NCBI GenBank assembly: GCA_963705895.1
Contig: OY970122.1
Coordinates: 1,270,075 to 1,334,074, forward strand
DNA: 64,000 bases
Direction: 5' to 3'
DNA from: Candidatus Aminicenantes bacterium
GTDB lineage: Bacteria > Acidobacteriota > Aminicenantia > Aminicenantales > JAFGAV01
Part shown: piece after piece, positions 42,401 through 52,161 of the stretch
Layout: every line of letters begins with the position of its first letter
How positions within the stretch are numbered: the stretch's first letter is position 1
Position numbers and translations under genes: made by a program
Notes under the pieces: generated by a model
Told to the model about the DNA's origin: nothing
What the model saw: only the letters and a program-made list of their open reading frames with translations
The model's database searches: none

Positions 42401-42946
42401 GATCGTTTTATAGAGACCGTATTGGCCGCCGGGCTGACCGCCGTAAAGAATCCCCTCGGCCGCCGCATAGACCACGTCGGGATTCCGAGGGTCCACGGCC
42501 ATCTTGGGAATGAACTGACTCTGCTCCAAGCCGGCGTGCGTCCAGGTCTTCCCGGCGTCCGTGGACTTCCAGACGCCGTCGCCATGATAGGCCGACCGGG
42601 CGTGGAAGGACTCCCCTGTCCCGACGTAGAGGATGTTCGGGTTGGAGGGGGCGATGGCCATGTAGCCTATGGTCATGGCCCCGAACTTGTCGAAGATGGG
42701 CTCGAAGTGGATGCCGCCGTCAACGGTCTTCCAGATCCCGCCCGACGCGGTGAGGACGTAATAGGCCTGGCTCTGCCCGGGCGGCACGGCGACGTTGGTG
42801 ATGCGTCCCGAGAAATTCCAGGGCCCGATGTGGCGCCAAGTGAATTGGTCGAGGTCCTTGGTCGTCAGAGGAATTTCGGCCAACCCGATGGACAGGATGG
42901 CAAAAAACAAGATCAGGAAAGCGGCAATCTTGGTGGACGTGGTCAT
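39494..42946 (-). CDS. sortilin/VPS10-like BNR (Asp-box) repeat protein, ~1150 aa, secreted
   Basis: Has a signal peptide and many S/T-x-D-x-G-x-T/S-W/F Asp-boxes (STDAGKTWTH, TIDGGKTWDR, TADGGKTWRR, SEDQGETWKR, SRDGGKTFKF, THDQGDTWED). Confidence 0.75.
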   Translation of the reverse strand: MTTSTKIAAFLILFFAILSIGLAEIPLTTKDLDQFTWRHIGPWNFSGRITNVAVPPGQSQAYYVLTASGGIWKTVDGGIHFEPIFDKFGAMTIGYMAIAPSNPNILYVGTGESFHARSAYHGDGVWKSTDAGKTWTHAGLEQSQFIPKMAVDPRNPDVVYAAAEGILYGGQPGGQYGLYKTIDGGKTWDRVLDLKDRVVVDFVIDLVNPDILIASGYKIFRTTWTFIDRNKGNFLYKTADGGKTWRRLTAGLPPDIETGRNGLALYAKNPKIVYVRMDEQVNLGLSERDNAAAFRQGNVFRDGFYFNKLKSYKIDTGIARLVKFTPLQADSEKDLVKKLNDLINDRDFRKAIGLSDWTSFNAAARKAYKNDKDVLAGIGEADKTIKGEAAYLESARKLNNLVAIALLADSPGVEIKDAVKVTALDKARINPAFKDLLTFDPKSVKDEKDLLARLDILVADPDLLARLKVDPAKVLVKAREVNKDNKDLLEKLKPGDDLAKEYPDHAGRPETLNRYALEILYGGALAINPPVKKAGVIYRSEDQGETWKRMTEYKISDGSDEVNQVEAGYYGRLEVDPNNDQVLLCDETQITISRDGGKTFKFTTWEGNHKAHVDSRAVWIDPLNSLHILNANDGGLAETWDGGQHWSQKETVSAQQFYDISVDDEQPYNVMGGTQDNGSWLGPSQNRNAYGVFPADWTYLPSGDGFYVVRNWWDPNYIYWESQFGMSSGMDLRDRQSFRLAPRNTDEENAAGNPAQRYQWNSPIVLSPHNPGIVFVCSQSVHRSLSRGLKDTWETISPDLSKNNKERIDLSKKTNLQYATIFTFAESPKKPGLYWAGTDDGNLQMSPDFGRSWVNITAKSFDAKGRPKKDIKGARIPWDRWVTRVLPSRFEEKTCYVAFSGYRTHNEDKTYLFVTHDQGDTWEDISRNMMNPVSDIEEDPDNASVLYLATDYGLFITLDKGQNWLNMSSSAPRVIIKDLAVQARERELAIGTYGRGIYIADIFPFKEFKDETFKKPIHLFDLKDVVQWNRNERRGQTLGEFAQAQNPPVGSAIYYYLKSKADKVLVTIRDLGGELIQEVNGKTEAGLEKAFWGLNKKVDEEKLRDMRPEERARMTRVESGRYKVTLSVDGKDIETKELRVLPDPDFPDVR

Positions 42947-43141
42947 CGGTCCTCCTTGAGATGAGGGCGGATATGGGGAAGCCATGAAATATTAGAATAT
43001 CGAAAGTCAGGGGTGATTACCAGATTTTTCTCGAAAGATAGGATTCCGCGAGCCCTGGGCAACCCGTCGCTTCAGCATCATCCCTTCCTCGTGTCGGAAA
43101 GGAGCGGTTCTCGAAAGCCTGGCGGCACCGGCCGGCCCCGG

Positions 43142-45124
43142 TCAGATCTGAACGCGGATGGGGAGGATCACGGCCGGGATGCCGCTCCAGTGGAGGTTCC
43201 GCTGAATGGCGAAGGCCGTCTCGTTATGGAGAATCCGGTGATAGAACTTTTCGTGCTGGAAGAGTATCTTCCCGGCGAAAACCGTGGACCGGGGGAACTC
43301 CTTGGCCGTATCGGCGCACAACTGCGTTCCGGTTTCGACGACGTCCGTTCCCACGGCCAGGCGATAGTCGGCCCGGAGCCCCAGGTTGCGGGCGAGCTGG
43401 ACGTATCTCTTGAGCGTCGATTGGACGGCCTCCTCGAGGCAGCTCACGCCTTCCGTGCCCTTAAAGACCCCCGAATCAGCCACGGCCACGCAGACAAAAA
43501 TGAAATTCTTATACATGTGGGGGAAGTTGCGGTTGATGGACAGCAGAGTATGAATGCCGAAGCCGTCGAAATTCCGGACCAGGAGGATGGCGGTCATGTC
43601 CTTGGGGCTTACCGGTTCTTTGTTGGGCTTGCCGCTGGTGGGGATGGACATGAGAATCTCATCCAGCTGTTCCTTGGCTTTTTTCACGGTCTCGTAATGA
43701 CCGCGGATGGCGTAGCAGAGGCCGATAACGAGCGAGGTGATGACAAGAGTCAGCCAGCCGCCGTACCGGAATTTCTCGATCGAGGTGATGACCAGGATGG
43801 TCGAGCAGAGCGTCAGGCCCGTCATGTGAACGGGCAGGTGCTTCTTCCACAGCTTCTCCCGCTTGCGGTTCTTGATGAAGAAACGGCTCATGCCCAGCTC
43901 GGAGAGGGAGAAGGTCAGGAAGACGTTGATGGAATACATAACGACCAGCATTCTGATATTGCCCCGGGTGTAGGTCAGAAGCAGAAGCGAAGATACACCC
44001 ATTAGCAGAACGCCGTTTCGCATGGTCAGGCGCTCGCACAGGGCGGCGAACCGGTGGGGAAACCAGGAGTCGATGGCCATGTTGGCCATGACCCGCGGAC
44101 CATCTACAAATCCGGTTTGGGCGGCCACGAACAGCAGGGCGCCCTCCGAGAGGATTGTGATAAAGGCCAGGGTCGGACCAATTCCCCAATGGCCGAACAG
44201 GCTGCCGGCCAGGAGAGAGTTCAGGGTCCGGCCAGTGGTCGGAACGACCTTCACCAGAAGATAGCAAAGGAAAAGCCCCCCGGCGGTGAAAGCAAGGGAA
44301 GTGGACATGTAGAGCATGGTCCGCTTGCCCGACTGGACCCTCGGTTCGCGCATGACCTGAAGACCGTTGGACACGGCCTCGATGCCCGTGTACGTGCCAC
44401 CGCCCATGGAATAGGCCTTTAAAAACAGTCCCAGCATGCCCAGACCGCCCAGAGTCGTCAACCCCATTTTGAAATCCCGCTGGACTCCCGCGGCCACCGG
44501 ACCGATCTCTGGGAGATGGGAGATGATGCCATACCCGATCAGAAAAATGTGCGTCAGGACAAAGACGATAAAGATGGGCGCCAGGACCTGAATGGATTCC
44601 TTGATCCCCCGGATGTTGAGGACGATCAGGACCAGGACCAGGAACATCTCAACGGGCAGTTTGTAGGCCTGATAGCTTAGGGGCAGGAAGCTGAAGAGGG
44701 CATCGCCGCAGGAGGCGATGGACACGGTGATGGTCAGGATGTAGTCCACGAGCAGGGCGCAGCCTGAGACGACGCCCGCCCGGTTGCCGAGAGTGTGGCT
44801 GGCCACGATGTATCCGCCGCCCCCGCTCGGAAAATGCTCGATGATGCGGGAATAGGCATAGGAGATGATGAAGACGGTCATGGCCGTGGCCAGGGCCAGG
44901 AACACCGCGAGGTAGGTATGGCCGCCGAGGGTGCGGAACGCTTCTTCCGGGCCATAGGAGGACGAGGAGAGGCCATCAGAGCCCAACCCGATCCAAGCCA
45001 AGAGGGGGACGAGGGCGAGCTTGTGGAAGATCGACGGGTCCTTGACGTTCCTGGCTGGGCCGAATAATTTATGGCCTATTCGCTTACCCAGGCTCTGCCC
45101 GTTTCCGGGAGTCTCCGTGTTCAT
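43142..45124 (-). CDS. KimA-like K+ transporter (APC-superfamily permease with cytoplasmic C-domain)
   Basis: LGSDGLSSSSYGPEEAF, PSGGGGYIVASHTLG, LLVDYILTITVSIASCGDA and YTGIEAVSNG, plus a ~200-aa C-domain ending FQHEKFYHRILHNETAFAIQRNL. This mirrors B. subtilis KimA as I recall it. Confidence 0.6.
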   Translation of the reverse strand: MNTETPGNGQSLGKRIGHKLFGPARNVKDPSIFHKLALVPLLAWIGLGSDGLSSSSYGPEEAFRTLGGHTYLAVFLALATAMTVFIISYAYSRIIEHFPSGGGGYIVASHTLGNRAGVVSGCALLVDYILTITVSIASCGDALFSFLPLSYQAYKLPVEMFLVLVLIVLNIRGIKESIQVLAPIFIVFVLTHIFLIGYGIISHLPEIGPVAAGVQRDFKMGLTTLGGLGMLGLFLKAYSMGGGTYTGIEAVSNGLQVMREPRVQSGKRTMLYMSTSLAFTAGGLFLCYLLVKVVPTTGRTLNSLLAGSLFGHWGIGPTLAFITILSEGALLFVAAQTGFVDGPRVMANMAIDSWFPHRFAALCERLTMRNGVLLMGVSSLLLLTYTRGNIRMLVVMYSINVFLTFSLSELGMSRFFIKNRKREKLWKKHLPVHMTGLTLCSTILVITSIEKFRYGGWLTLVITSLVIGLCYAIRGHYETVKKAKEQLDEILMSIPTSGKPNKEPVSPKDMTAILLVRNFDGFGIHTLLSINRNFPHMYKNFIFVCVAVADSGVFKGTEGVSCLEEAVQSTLKRYVQLARNLGLRADYRLAVGTDVVETGTQLCADTAKEFPRSTVFAGKILFQHEKFYHRILHNETAFAIQRNLHWSGIPAVILPIRVQI

Positions 45125-45214
45125 TTCTCCTAAGCCTTTGAATGAAAAACGGGGCTTATTTTACAACTTTTAGGGGAAATTTGAAATGCCGGCCAAGGTC
45201 GCGCGGCCTCAGGG

Positions 45215-46375
45215 TTAGCTGGAAACGACCTCGGTCCCCGGGCTCAATCGGCTGATATAGACTTGGGGTGCAGCTTTCATCTTGGATTCGTAGCTCCGCG
45301 TGACGGCCTCTACGAGAGACTCCACCGCAGAATCCTCGACCAGGTTAATGGTGCATCCCCCGAATCCGGCTCCCATCATCCGGCTTCCGAGAACGCCCTT
45401 CACCGACTGGGCCGCGTCCGCGAGGACGTCGAGCTCGGCGCTGCTGACTTCATAATCATCCCTCAGGCCGGCGTGCGAAGCGTTCATCCTCTTCCCGAAT
45501 GAAACGAAATCGGCCTTCTCTAGATCCCGGCAAGCTTCCTCGACCCGGGCGTTTTCCATGACGACATAGACACATCGCTTATAGATGATGGGGTCGAATT
45601 CGCCCCTATGGCTTGAAAGCAGGTCCGGAGTCACATCGCGCAAGCTCCTGATCCCGGGACGGTGCTTGGTCAGAAGGCTCACTCCGGTCTCGCATTGCCG
45701 GCGCCTCACGTTATATTCCGAGGAGGCCAATTCCCTCTTGACCTTCGTGTCACAGAGCACGATGCGCAGGTCTTTTCGGTCGAAGGGATAGTAGGTGTAT
45801 TCGAGGCTCCGGCAGTCGAGCTTGAGGACCTTGCCCGCACGGCCGAAGATGTTGATGAACTGGTCCATGATCCCGCACCGGACGCCGACGAACTCGTTCT
45901 CCGCTCTCTGGGCCAGCTTGACGAGCTCGAGAGGGGGAATACGCAGATCAAACACCGTGTTCAGGGCGAAGGCCAGTCCGCCCTCGATGGCCGCCGAAGA
46001 CGACATCCCTGAGCCGATAGGAATGTCTCCCCCAAAAACACAGTTGAAACCCGGGACCCGATGTCCCGTTCTTTGGAGTTGGTCCGCAACGCCCAGGAGA
46101 TAATCCGGCCATCGCTTCCCGGACTTCCCCGGTGCGTCGAGCCCGGTCCGAAACGAATCCTTGAGGTCCAGGGCGTAAAGATCGCATCGGCCGTCCGTCC
46201 TGCCCGAAACGGCAAAGTATAAAGCCTTGTCCACGGCGGCGGGGAGGACGAAACCCTCGTTATAATCCGTGTGCTCGCCGATCAGGTTGACCCGGCCGGG
46301 AGAGCGGACGAGAAGGGGGGATTCACCGAAACGCTTCCGGAATTCCTCAAGGACGGCCGCGGCCCGGTCAGGCAT
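45215..46375 (-). CDS. galK: galactokinase
   Basis: GRVNLIGEHTDYNEGFVLPAAV signature and the GHMP motif PIGSGMSSSAA. Confidence 0.9.
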   Translation of the reverse strand: MPDRAAAVLEEFRKRFGESPLLVRSPGRVNLIGEHTDYNEGFVLPAAVDKALYFAVSGRTDGRCDLYALDLKDSFRTGLDAPGKSGKRWPDYLLGVADQLQRTGHRVPGFNCVFGGDIPIGSGMSSSAAIEGGLAFALNTVFDLRIPPLELVKLAQRAENEFVGVRCGIMDQFINIFGRAGKVLKLDCRSLEYTYYPFDRKDLRIVLCDTKVKRELASSEYNVRRRQCETGVSLLTKHRPGIRSLRDVTPDLLSSHRGEFDPIIYKRCVYVVMENARVEEACRDLEKADFVSFGKRMNASHAGLRDDYEVSSAELDVLADAAQSVKGVLGSRMMGAGFGGCTINLVEDSAVESLVEAVTRSYESKMKAAPQVYISRLSPGTEVVSS

Positions 46376-46643
46376 GACGCTTCCGATTTCCTTTGGCCCG
46401 GGTCCCTTCGGCGCTCGCCACCCTTGTCTTTCGGTTGAAGATAACGAACAGGGCGCCCACGACGACCATGAGCTCGCCCCACCAGATATTGGTGTGGAGA
46501 TAACCGAGGACTTTCTCTTGGCCCGCGTTCCGGAACAGGTCATAGAGGCCGCTCAGGTTGATGATGGCTCCCATGGAGACGAGGATCAAGCCGACGAAGT
46601 ACCAGATCGGCTTCATCCGCTGATAATCGACCTTCTTGGGCAT
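46368..46643 (-). CDS. small two-TM membrane protein coupled to the SSS transporter
   Basis: MPKKVDYQRMKPIWYFVGLILVSMGAI ... WWGELMVVVGALFVIF. GGAGGAG SD. Overlaps the galK start by 8 nt. Confidence 0.5.
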   Translation of the reverse strand: MPKKVDYQRMKPIWYFVGLILVSMGAIINLSGLYDLFRNAGQEKVLGYLHTNIWWGELMVVVGALFVIFNRKTRVASAEGTRAKGNRKRHA

Positions 46644-46657
46644 GGTCTCCTCCCCTC

Positions 46658-48319
46658 TCACCAGAAGAGAATGTTGAGAGCGATGAGCAAGATCAGGGAC
46701 AGGACGGCATAAAAAACCGGCTTCCTATGCCAGGGAATTCCCTCCTCGGGCACGGCTTTGGTCAGGCCCTTGACCAGGCCGACCAGCTCCTGCTCGGGCT
46801 TCTTGGCCGTGAACAGACTGACCACGATCGTGACCACGAAACAGATGAGCCAGGCCCACCAGGCCCGCCAGAAATTAGCGGCCATGTCCGAGGAGACATG
46901 GGACAGCGTGATCAACCGCGTCGAGATGAAATGAAACTTCACCCCGAGGTACATGGTGATGGACGAGCCCATGCCGGCGATAAGCCCCCAGAATGCTCCG
47001 TTGGGCGTGATCCATTTGACGAACATCCCCAGCAGCATGGTCGCGAACAGCGGAGCGTTGACCCAGGAGAAGATGGCCTGCATGTAATCCATGATGGTCG
47101 GCATGCTCTTGGCCCAGTAGGCGGTCAGGACGCTGAGCCCGATCCCCACTACCGTCGCCGACCTGCCCATCCACAGCAGGTGCTTGGGCGAGGCCTTGCG
47201 GTTGATGACGGACTTGTAGATGTCGTACGTCCAGACCGTGTTGAAGGCGCTGATGTTGCCCGCCTGACCGGCCATGAAACCCGCCAGGAGGGCGGTGACG
47301 CCCAGGCCGACCAGGCCGCGGGGAAAGTAGCGGGCGATGAGCAGCGGCAAGGCCGAATCATAGTTGACCTTGCCCCCGTCGGCCATGAGATGAAAGCCGC
47401 TCTTCGGGTCCCGGGACAAGGCCAGGGCGATGAGCCCGGCGACAATGACCAGGAACGGCACGGCCATCTTGAAGAATGAGGCTAGGATGGGCGTCATCCG
47501 GGCCGAGCGGAGGTTCTTGGCGGAAAAGGCCCTCTGGACGACCAGGAAGTCGGTGGTCCAGTAGCCGAAGGACAGGACGAAGCCGAGCCCCATGACGATC
47601 CCGGCCCATGTGATGGCCATGCCGTTGAGCGAGGGGTCGCCCGAAGTGGACCACAGCTTGGAGAAGGCCTCGGGGATGCGGGCCATGATCTGCTTCATGC
47701 CCCCGATCTCGACGATGCCCAGGACCGAAACCAGGAACAGTCCGAACCAGATCAGGAAGAACTGGACAATCTCGGTGAAGATCGCCGACAGCAACCCGCT
47801 CAGAGTGACGTAGACGCCCACCGTCACGGCCGAGGCCCATAGGCTCAGGTCCCAGTTCCAGCCGACGAAAGTATGGAGGACGAGGGCCATGGCGTAAAGG
47901 TTGATGCCCGAGACAAGGAGAGTCATGGCCGCGAAGGAGATGCCGTTGAGGACGCGCGTCTTCTCGTCGAAACGCAATTTCAGGTATCCCGGGACGGACT
48001 TGATCCGGCTGCTGTAGTAAAAAGGCATCATGTAGATACCCAGAAAAAGCATGGCCGGGATGGCGCCGATCCAGTAGAAGTGGGCCACGAACATCCCGTA
48101 CTTGAAGGTGTTGCCGGTCATGCCCAGGAGCTCCAGGGCGCCCAGGTTGGCCGAGAGAAAAGCCAGGCCAGCCACCCAGGCGCTGTTCCGGCGCCCGGCT
48201 AGAAAAAAGTCCTCTTCGTTCCGGGTGTAGCGCTTGAGATAGAAACCGATGCCCACGATGAAGCCGAAGTAAAGGGCGATGATGAGCCAATCGGAAAGGC
48301 CGAGTCCTATCGACGGCAT
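46658..48319 (-). CDS. sodium:solute symporter (SGLT-like sugar transporter)
   Basis: Start at MPSIGLGLSDW with an AAGGAGGG SD. FLAGRRNSAWVAGLAFLSANLGALELLGMTG. About 14 TM helices. Confidence 0.8.
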   Translation of the reverse strand: MPSIGLGLSDWLIIALYFGFIVGIGFYLKRYTRNEEDFFLAGRRNSAWVAGLAFLSANLGALELLGMTGNTFKYGMFVAHFYWIGAIPAMLFLGIYMMPFYYSSRIKSVPGYLKLRFDEKTRVLNGISFAAMTLLVSGINLYAMALVLHTFVGWNWDLSLWASAVTVGVYVTLSGLLSAIFTEIVQFFLIWFGLFLVSVLGIVEIGGMKQIMARIPEAFSKLWSTSGDPSLNGMAITWAGIVMGLGFVLSFGYWTTDFLVVQRAFSAKNLRSARMTPILASFFKMAVPFLVIVAGLIALALSRDPKSGFHLMADGGKVNYDSALPLLIARYFPRGLVGLGVTALLAGFMAGQAGNISAFNTVWTYDIYKSVINRKASPKHLLWMGRSATVVGIGLSVLTAYWAKSMPTIMDYMQAIFSWVNAPLFATMLLGMFVKWITPNGAFWGLIAGMGSSITMYLGVKFHFISTRLITLSHVSSDMAANFWRAWWAWLICFVVTIVVSLFTAKKPEQELVGLVKGLTKAVPEEGIPWHRKPVFYAVLSLILLIALNILFW

Positions 48320-48433
48320 GCGTCCCTCCTTGAGGTTGAGGATCGGGAACACGCGAGCGTTCACCGCGGCTTGCGGGCCGCGTCGCTCATAAGAATCGAT
48401 GGATATCTACCACAGGGCTGGGGCGAAGTCAAT

Positions 48434-48937
48434 TTACATCGGCCGGCGGGTCAGGATGTCCACGAGCTTCTCGGCCAGGAAGGCCACGGCCCGTTTGACG
48501 GGGTCGGAAACCGGCTCCCCCGGATCCACGGATTCGGGCTCGATGCCGACGCAGATGACCTTGCATTCCAGGCTCGCCTCGAAATACCGCACCAGGAGCG
48601 AGAGCGGCATGTGATGCGTGGACATGTCGTCCGGGCTGATGGCCTGAGGGTCCAGGATGAAGGTCGTGCCCGGCTTGTGGCCGCTCAAGGCGGCGTCGAT
48701 GATCACGATGTGGGTCGGCTGAAACTGGCGGACCCGCCCCGTCTCGTTCTCCGGCGTCGTCCCGCCCTGGAGAACGAGCAGGTCCGGCCGGACCCCGTGG
48801 AAGTTGGTGCGAATCAGAGCCACGCACAGACTCCCGGCCGCGTCGTCGGCCTTCTGCATGTTGCCCACTCCGAGGATGGCCAGGCGGCCGGGCCGCATCA
48901 GTTCTTCCTCGAGACGTGTTTCCCAGGGCTCACTCAT
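48434..48937 (-). CDS. hycI: [NiFe]-hydrogenase maturation endopeptidase
   Basis: LAILGVGNMQKADDAAG ... HIVIIDAA ... STHHMPL. Confidence 0.8.
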   Translation of the reverse strand: MSEPWETRLEEELMRPGRLAILGVGNMQKADDAAGSLCVALIRTNFHGVRPDLLVLQGGTTPENETGRVRQFQPTHIVIIDAALSGHKPGTTFILDPQAISPDDMSTHHMPLSLLVRYFEASLECKVICVGIEPESVDPGEPVSDPVKRAVAFLAEKLVDILTRRPM

Positions 48938-49067
48938 CAGGATACCTTCAGCTTCCCACCCTTATTATAACGCATCCGCCCTCGTCTGTCCCTCCCCGAA
49001 CGGCTGGAGGAAGACTCCCCCGCCCTGCGGGGCGTTCCGCGAAAACGGGCCCGCTTCGGCCCGAAAA

Positions 49068-49517
49068 TCAGGTGTTGCCCGGAGTAGCCTCGGGAGTCGA
49101 CCCTGAGGACGGCGCGCCCGCTTCGGGCTTGGCCTTGGGCTTGATCACGGCTTTGACGAAGTCCCACTCCTTCTTTAGGTCCCAGCGGCTGAAGACCGAG
49201 ATCTCGAAGAGCTGGTCGATGTCCATGGCCTTGGGGGTCGTGGGGCAGGAATCAACGCATTGGGCACAATGGATGCAGCGGTCGTTATGGATGATCATCC
49301 GGAACTTCTTGTCGGCGTCGCTCAAGGTCGATATCTCGATGGCTTCGGCCGGGCAATCCCGCTCGCAGGCCCGGCAGACGATGCACAGCTCAGGGCGGAG
49401 GAAGGGCGTCCCGCGAAAGTCCTTGGGCACCTCCAGCTTTTTGAACGGATAATCCACCGTGGCCGGTTTCTTGAAGAGATGCCGGAGCAGCTCCGGAAGG
49501 AAGGGCGCGATTTTCAT
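49068..49517 (-). CDS. hydrogenase 2x[4Fe-4S] subunit (NuoI/HycF/MbhN-like)
   Basis: CIVCRACERDCP and CIHCAQCVDSCP. ATGA overlap with the upstream gene. Confidence 0.8.
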   Translation of the reverse strand: MKIAPFLPELLRHLFKKPATVDYPFKKLEVPKDFRGTPFLRPELCIVCRACERDCPAEAIEISTLSDADKKFRMIIHNDRCIHCAQCVDSCPTTPKAMDIDQLFEISVFSRWDLKKEWDFVKAVIKPKAKPEAGAPSSGSTPEATPGNT

Positions 49518-50485
49518 AGGACGAATCCCTTGAGTAAGATGACGACGAGAAGCTGGAGGACGGCCAGAGGGGCCAGGTACTTCCAGGCGAAGCTGACCAC
49601 CTGGTCGATCCGGATGCGCGAGGTCAGGGCCCGGATCAAGGACAGGAGGAAGATCACGAACAGGGTCTTGATCACGAACCAGACCAGGCCCAGGAGGACT
49701 CCTCCGGGGAAGCCGCCCAGGAAGACCGCGGCCAGCAATCCGCTGCCGGCAACCATTTCCACGTCGATCATCAGCCGGAAGAGGGCCAGCTTCTTGCCCG
49801 AGTATTCGGTCAGAGTCCCGCCCACGATCTCGGTCTCGGCGTGGGGGATGTCGAAGGGCGTCCGCTCGAGCTTGGCCTGCAGACAGATGACGGCGATCAC
49901 GAACCCGAGAAGATTCGGCAGGAGCAGGAGGGGCTTGTGCTGGAAGAATCGGGCGATCTCCGCCATGCGCCAGCTGCCGGCCATGACGGCCGGGCTGAGG
50001 ACCGCCAGGAACAGCGGAACTTCGTAGCCGAAGAGCATGGTCAGGACCCTGGCTCCGCCGATGGTCGAGAAGAAGCTGGTCGAGGACCAGGCGGCCAGGA
50101 ACAGAACGAGAGTCGGCAGGCTGAGGATGTAAAGAAGGACGATGATGTCGCCCGAGAACGAGGTGAAGCTGGGTACGACCGGGTCGAAGTGCCAGACCGG
50201 CAGGAGGAGCATGGCCGTCGAGGCGATGGCCAGGCCGAAGATGGGCAGGGCGTTGAACAAGCCCTTGTCCGCAAGTTCCGGAACGATGTCCTCTTTGGCC
50301 AGCAGCTTGACGATGTCCGCCACGGGCTGGAGCAGGCCGAACCGTCCGGTATGGGTCGGTCCCATCCGGTTCTGGAGACGGGCGAAGACCTTGCGGTCGA
50401 ACCATTCGGCGAAGGTGGAATAGACGAAGAGGAAGATGAAGCCGGGATAGACGAGCAGGTAGAGGATCGTTTTCAGAATGGCCAT
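49514..50485 (-). CDS. membrane subunit NuoH/HycD/MbhM-like
   Basis: RKVFARLQNRMGPTHTGRFGLLQPVADIVKLLAKED. 8 TM helices. Confidence 0.85.
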   Translation of the reverse strand: MAILKTILYLLVYPGFIFLFVYSTFAEWFDRKVFARLQNRMGPTHTGRFGLLQPVADIVKLLAKEDIVPELADKGLFNALPIFGLAIASTAMLLLPVWHFDPVVPSFTSFSGDIIVLLYILSLPTLVLFLAAWSSTSFFSTIGGARVLTMLFGYEVPLFLAVLSPAVMAGSWRMAEIARFFQHKPLLLLPNLLGFVIAVICLQAKLERTPFDIPHAETEIVGGTLTEYSGKKLALFRLMIDVEMVAGSGLLAAVFLGGFPGGVLLGLVWFVIKTLFVIFLLSLIRALTSRIRIDQVVSFAWKYLAPLAVLQLLVVILLKGFVL

Positions 50486-51675
50486 ACCGCATCCTTTTTC
50501 AATGGGGCTTTTCGGGCGCGCTCCTGGGCCATGGCCCGCAGCTGGCTCATCGTCACGACGCTCTCTTCCCCGCTTCGGGCGCTGACCAGAGTGACCGTCC
50601 GCTCGGCGCAGCAGATACAGGGGTCGATGGCGGCGAAGATCAGGGGGATGTCGGCTATGAACCCGGACTTGAGCATCTCGATGGTGGCCGCGTAGTTGCC
50701 CAGGGTCGGGGCCCGAACCTTAAGACGCTCGGGTTTGTCCGTTCCGTTGGCCTTGAGGTAATGAATGTTCTCCCCGCGGGGGGCCTCGTAGCGGCCGATG
50801 GCCTCGCCCGGCTTGGCCCGCCGGGGCGAACGGACCGCGACCGGTCCCGAGGGAAGGTTCTTCAGCAGGTACTCGATGATGTTGTAGGACTGGAGCAGTT
50901 CCTTGACCCGGACGACCGTCCGCCCCAGGACATCGCACGATTGGGCCGTGCACACTTCGAAGGGCACCTCGGCGTACATCCCGTAGGGGTCATCTTTGCG
51001 CACGTCGCGGGCGACGTCCGAAGCGCGGGCCGTGGGACCGACCGCGCACAGGGCCACGGCCTGCTCCTTGGACAGATAGCCCACGCCGGCCAGTCGGCCG
51101 ACAAAGGTCGGCTCGTTGGCCCCGATGTGCAGGTAATACTCGGTCCGCCGGCGGAGCAGGTCCAAAGAATCAAGGATATGCTGGCGCTGCGCCTCGTCGA
51201 TGTCCCGCCGGACACCGCCCAGAGTGTTGATCGCGTAATGGACCCGGTTCCCGGATAGGACCTCGAGGATGTCCATAACCACTTCCCGGTCGCGCCAGGT
51301 GTACATGAAGAAAGAGTCGAATCCCGCCTCGTGGCCCGCGACACCCAGCCACAGGAGGTGGCTGTGGACGCGCTCCAGCTCCGCAGTCAGGTAGCGGAGA
51401 AACACGCCTCGCCGAGGCGGTTCGACCTCCAGGAGCTTTTCCGCGGCCTGGACGAAACAGCTGCTGTGCGAGTGGGAGCAGATGCCGCAGATGCGCTCGG
51501 TGAGGTAGATGTTCTGAAGGTAGGTCCTGGATTCGGCCAGCTTCTCCAGCCCGCGATGGTTATAGCCCAGGCGGATGTCGGCGTCCCGGATGACCTCCCC
51601 CTCCAGGGTCATGCGCAGGCTGATCGGCTCCTTGAGGGCCGGGTGCTGGGGTCCGATGGGGACGGTGAATTTCAT
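50473..51675 (-). CDS. group-4 [NiFe]-hydrogenase large subunit (NuoD-like, Ni-Fe ligands intact)
   Basis: L1 motif RICGICSHSH and L2 motif DPCICCAER are both present, followed by a 41-aa C-terminal extension. Confidence 0.85.
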   Translation of the reverse strand: MKFTVPIGPQHPALKEPISLRMTLEGEVIRDADIRLGYNHRGLEKLAESRTYLQNIYLTERICGICSHSHSSCFVQAAEKLLEVEPPRRGVFLRYLTAELERVHSHLLWLGVAGHEAGFDSFFMYTWRDREVVMDILEVLSGNRVHYAINTLGGVRRDIDEAQRQHILDSLDLLRRRTEYYLHIGANEPTFVGRLAGVGYLSKEQAVALCAVGPTARASDVARDVRKDDPYGMYAEVPFEVCTAQSCDVLGRTVVRVKELLQSYNIIEYLLKNLPSGPVAVRSPRRAKPGEAIGRYEAPRGENIHYLKANGTDKPERLKVRAPTLGNYAATIEMLKSGFIADIPLIFAAIDPCICCAERTVTLVSARSGEESVVTMSQLRAMAQERARKAPLKKDAVWPF

Positions 51676-52148
51676 GATGTCTTCCCTCCGGGAATCTTCT
51701 CCTCGGGCCGGACGAACGTCCAATCCTTGCGGAGGGGATATTGACCCTCCGGCCAGTCATCGGGCAGGACCAGGCGTCTCGGGTCGGGGATGTTGTCGAC
51801 CACAATCCCGAACATGTCCTGGAGTTCGCGTTCGTAGAGGATGGCGCCGGGGATGACCCCGCAGATCGACTCGACGTGCGGGCTGGCCCTGGGAATCCGG
51901 GTTCGCACGTTGAGGTTTGTGTATTCGTTGGCCAGATGATAGATGATCTCAAAATTCTCGCCCAGGTCCACCCCGCTGATGGTGGCCAGGTAGGTGAATC
52001 CCAGGGAATTTTTGAGCACGGCCAGGGACGCCGTCAAGTTCCCGGGCTCGACCCGGCAGAAGATGCGGCGGAGGGAAAGGTTGGTGACGTCCCCGACCTC
52101 CTCGCCCAGGAGGGCCGTGATGCGTTCCATTATCTGCGCGTCATTCAT
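51672..52148 (-). CDS. NuoC/MbhK-like subunit
   Basis: ERELQDMFGIVVDNIPDPRRLVLPDDWPEGQYPLRKDW. Confidence 0.75.
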   Translation of the reverse strand: MNDAQIMERITALLGEEVGDVTNLSLRRIFCRVEPGNLTASLAVLKNSLGFTYLATISGVDLGENFEIIYHLANEYTNLNVRTRIPRASPHVESICGVIPGAILYERELQDMFGIVVDNIPDPRRLVLPDDWPEGQYPLRKDWTFVRPEEKIPGGKTS

Positions 52149-52161
52149 GGCAACCTCGATC

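Noticed and set aside
45125-45214. c-di-AMP (ydaO/kimA-type) riboswitch upstream of the KimA-like gene
   Set aside because: The intergenic space is only ~90 nt, with no pseudo-twofold ACGR/CCC-rich structure. That is too short for the motif.
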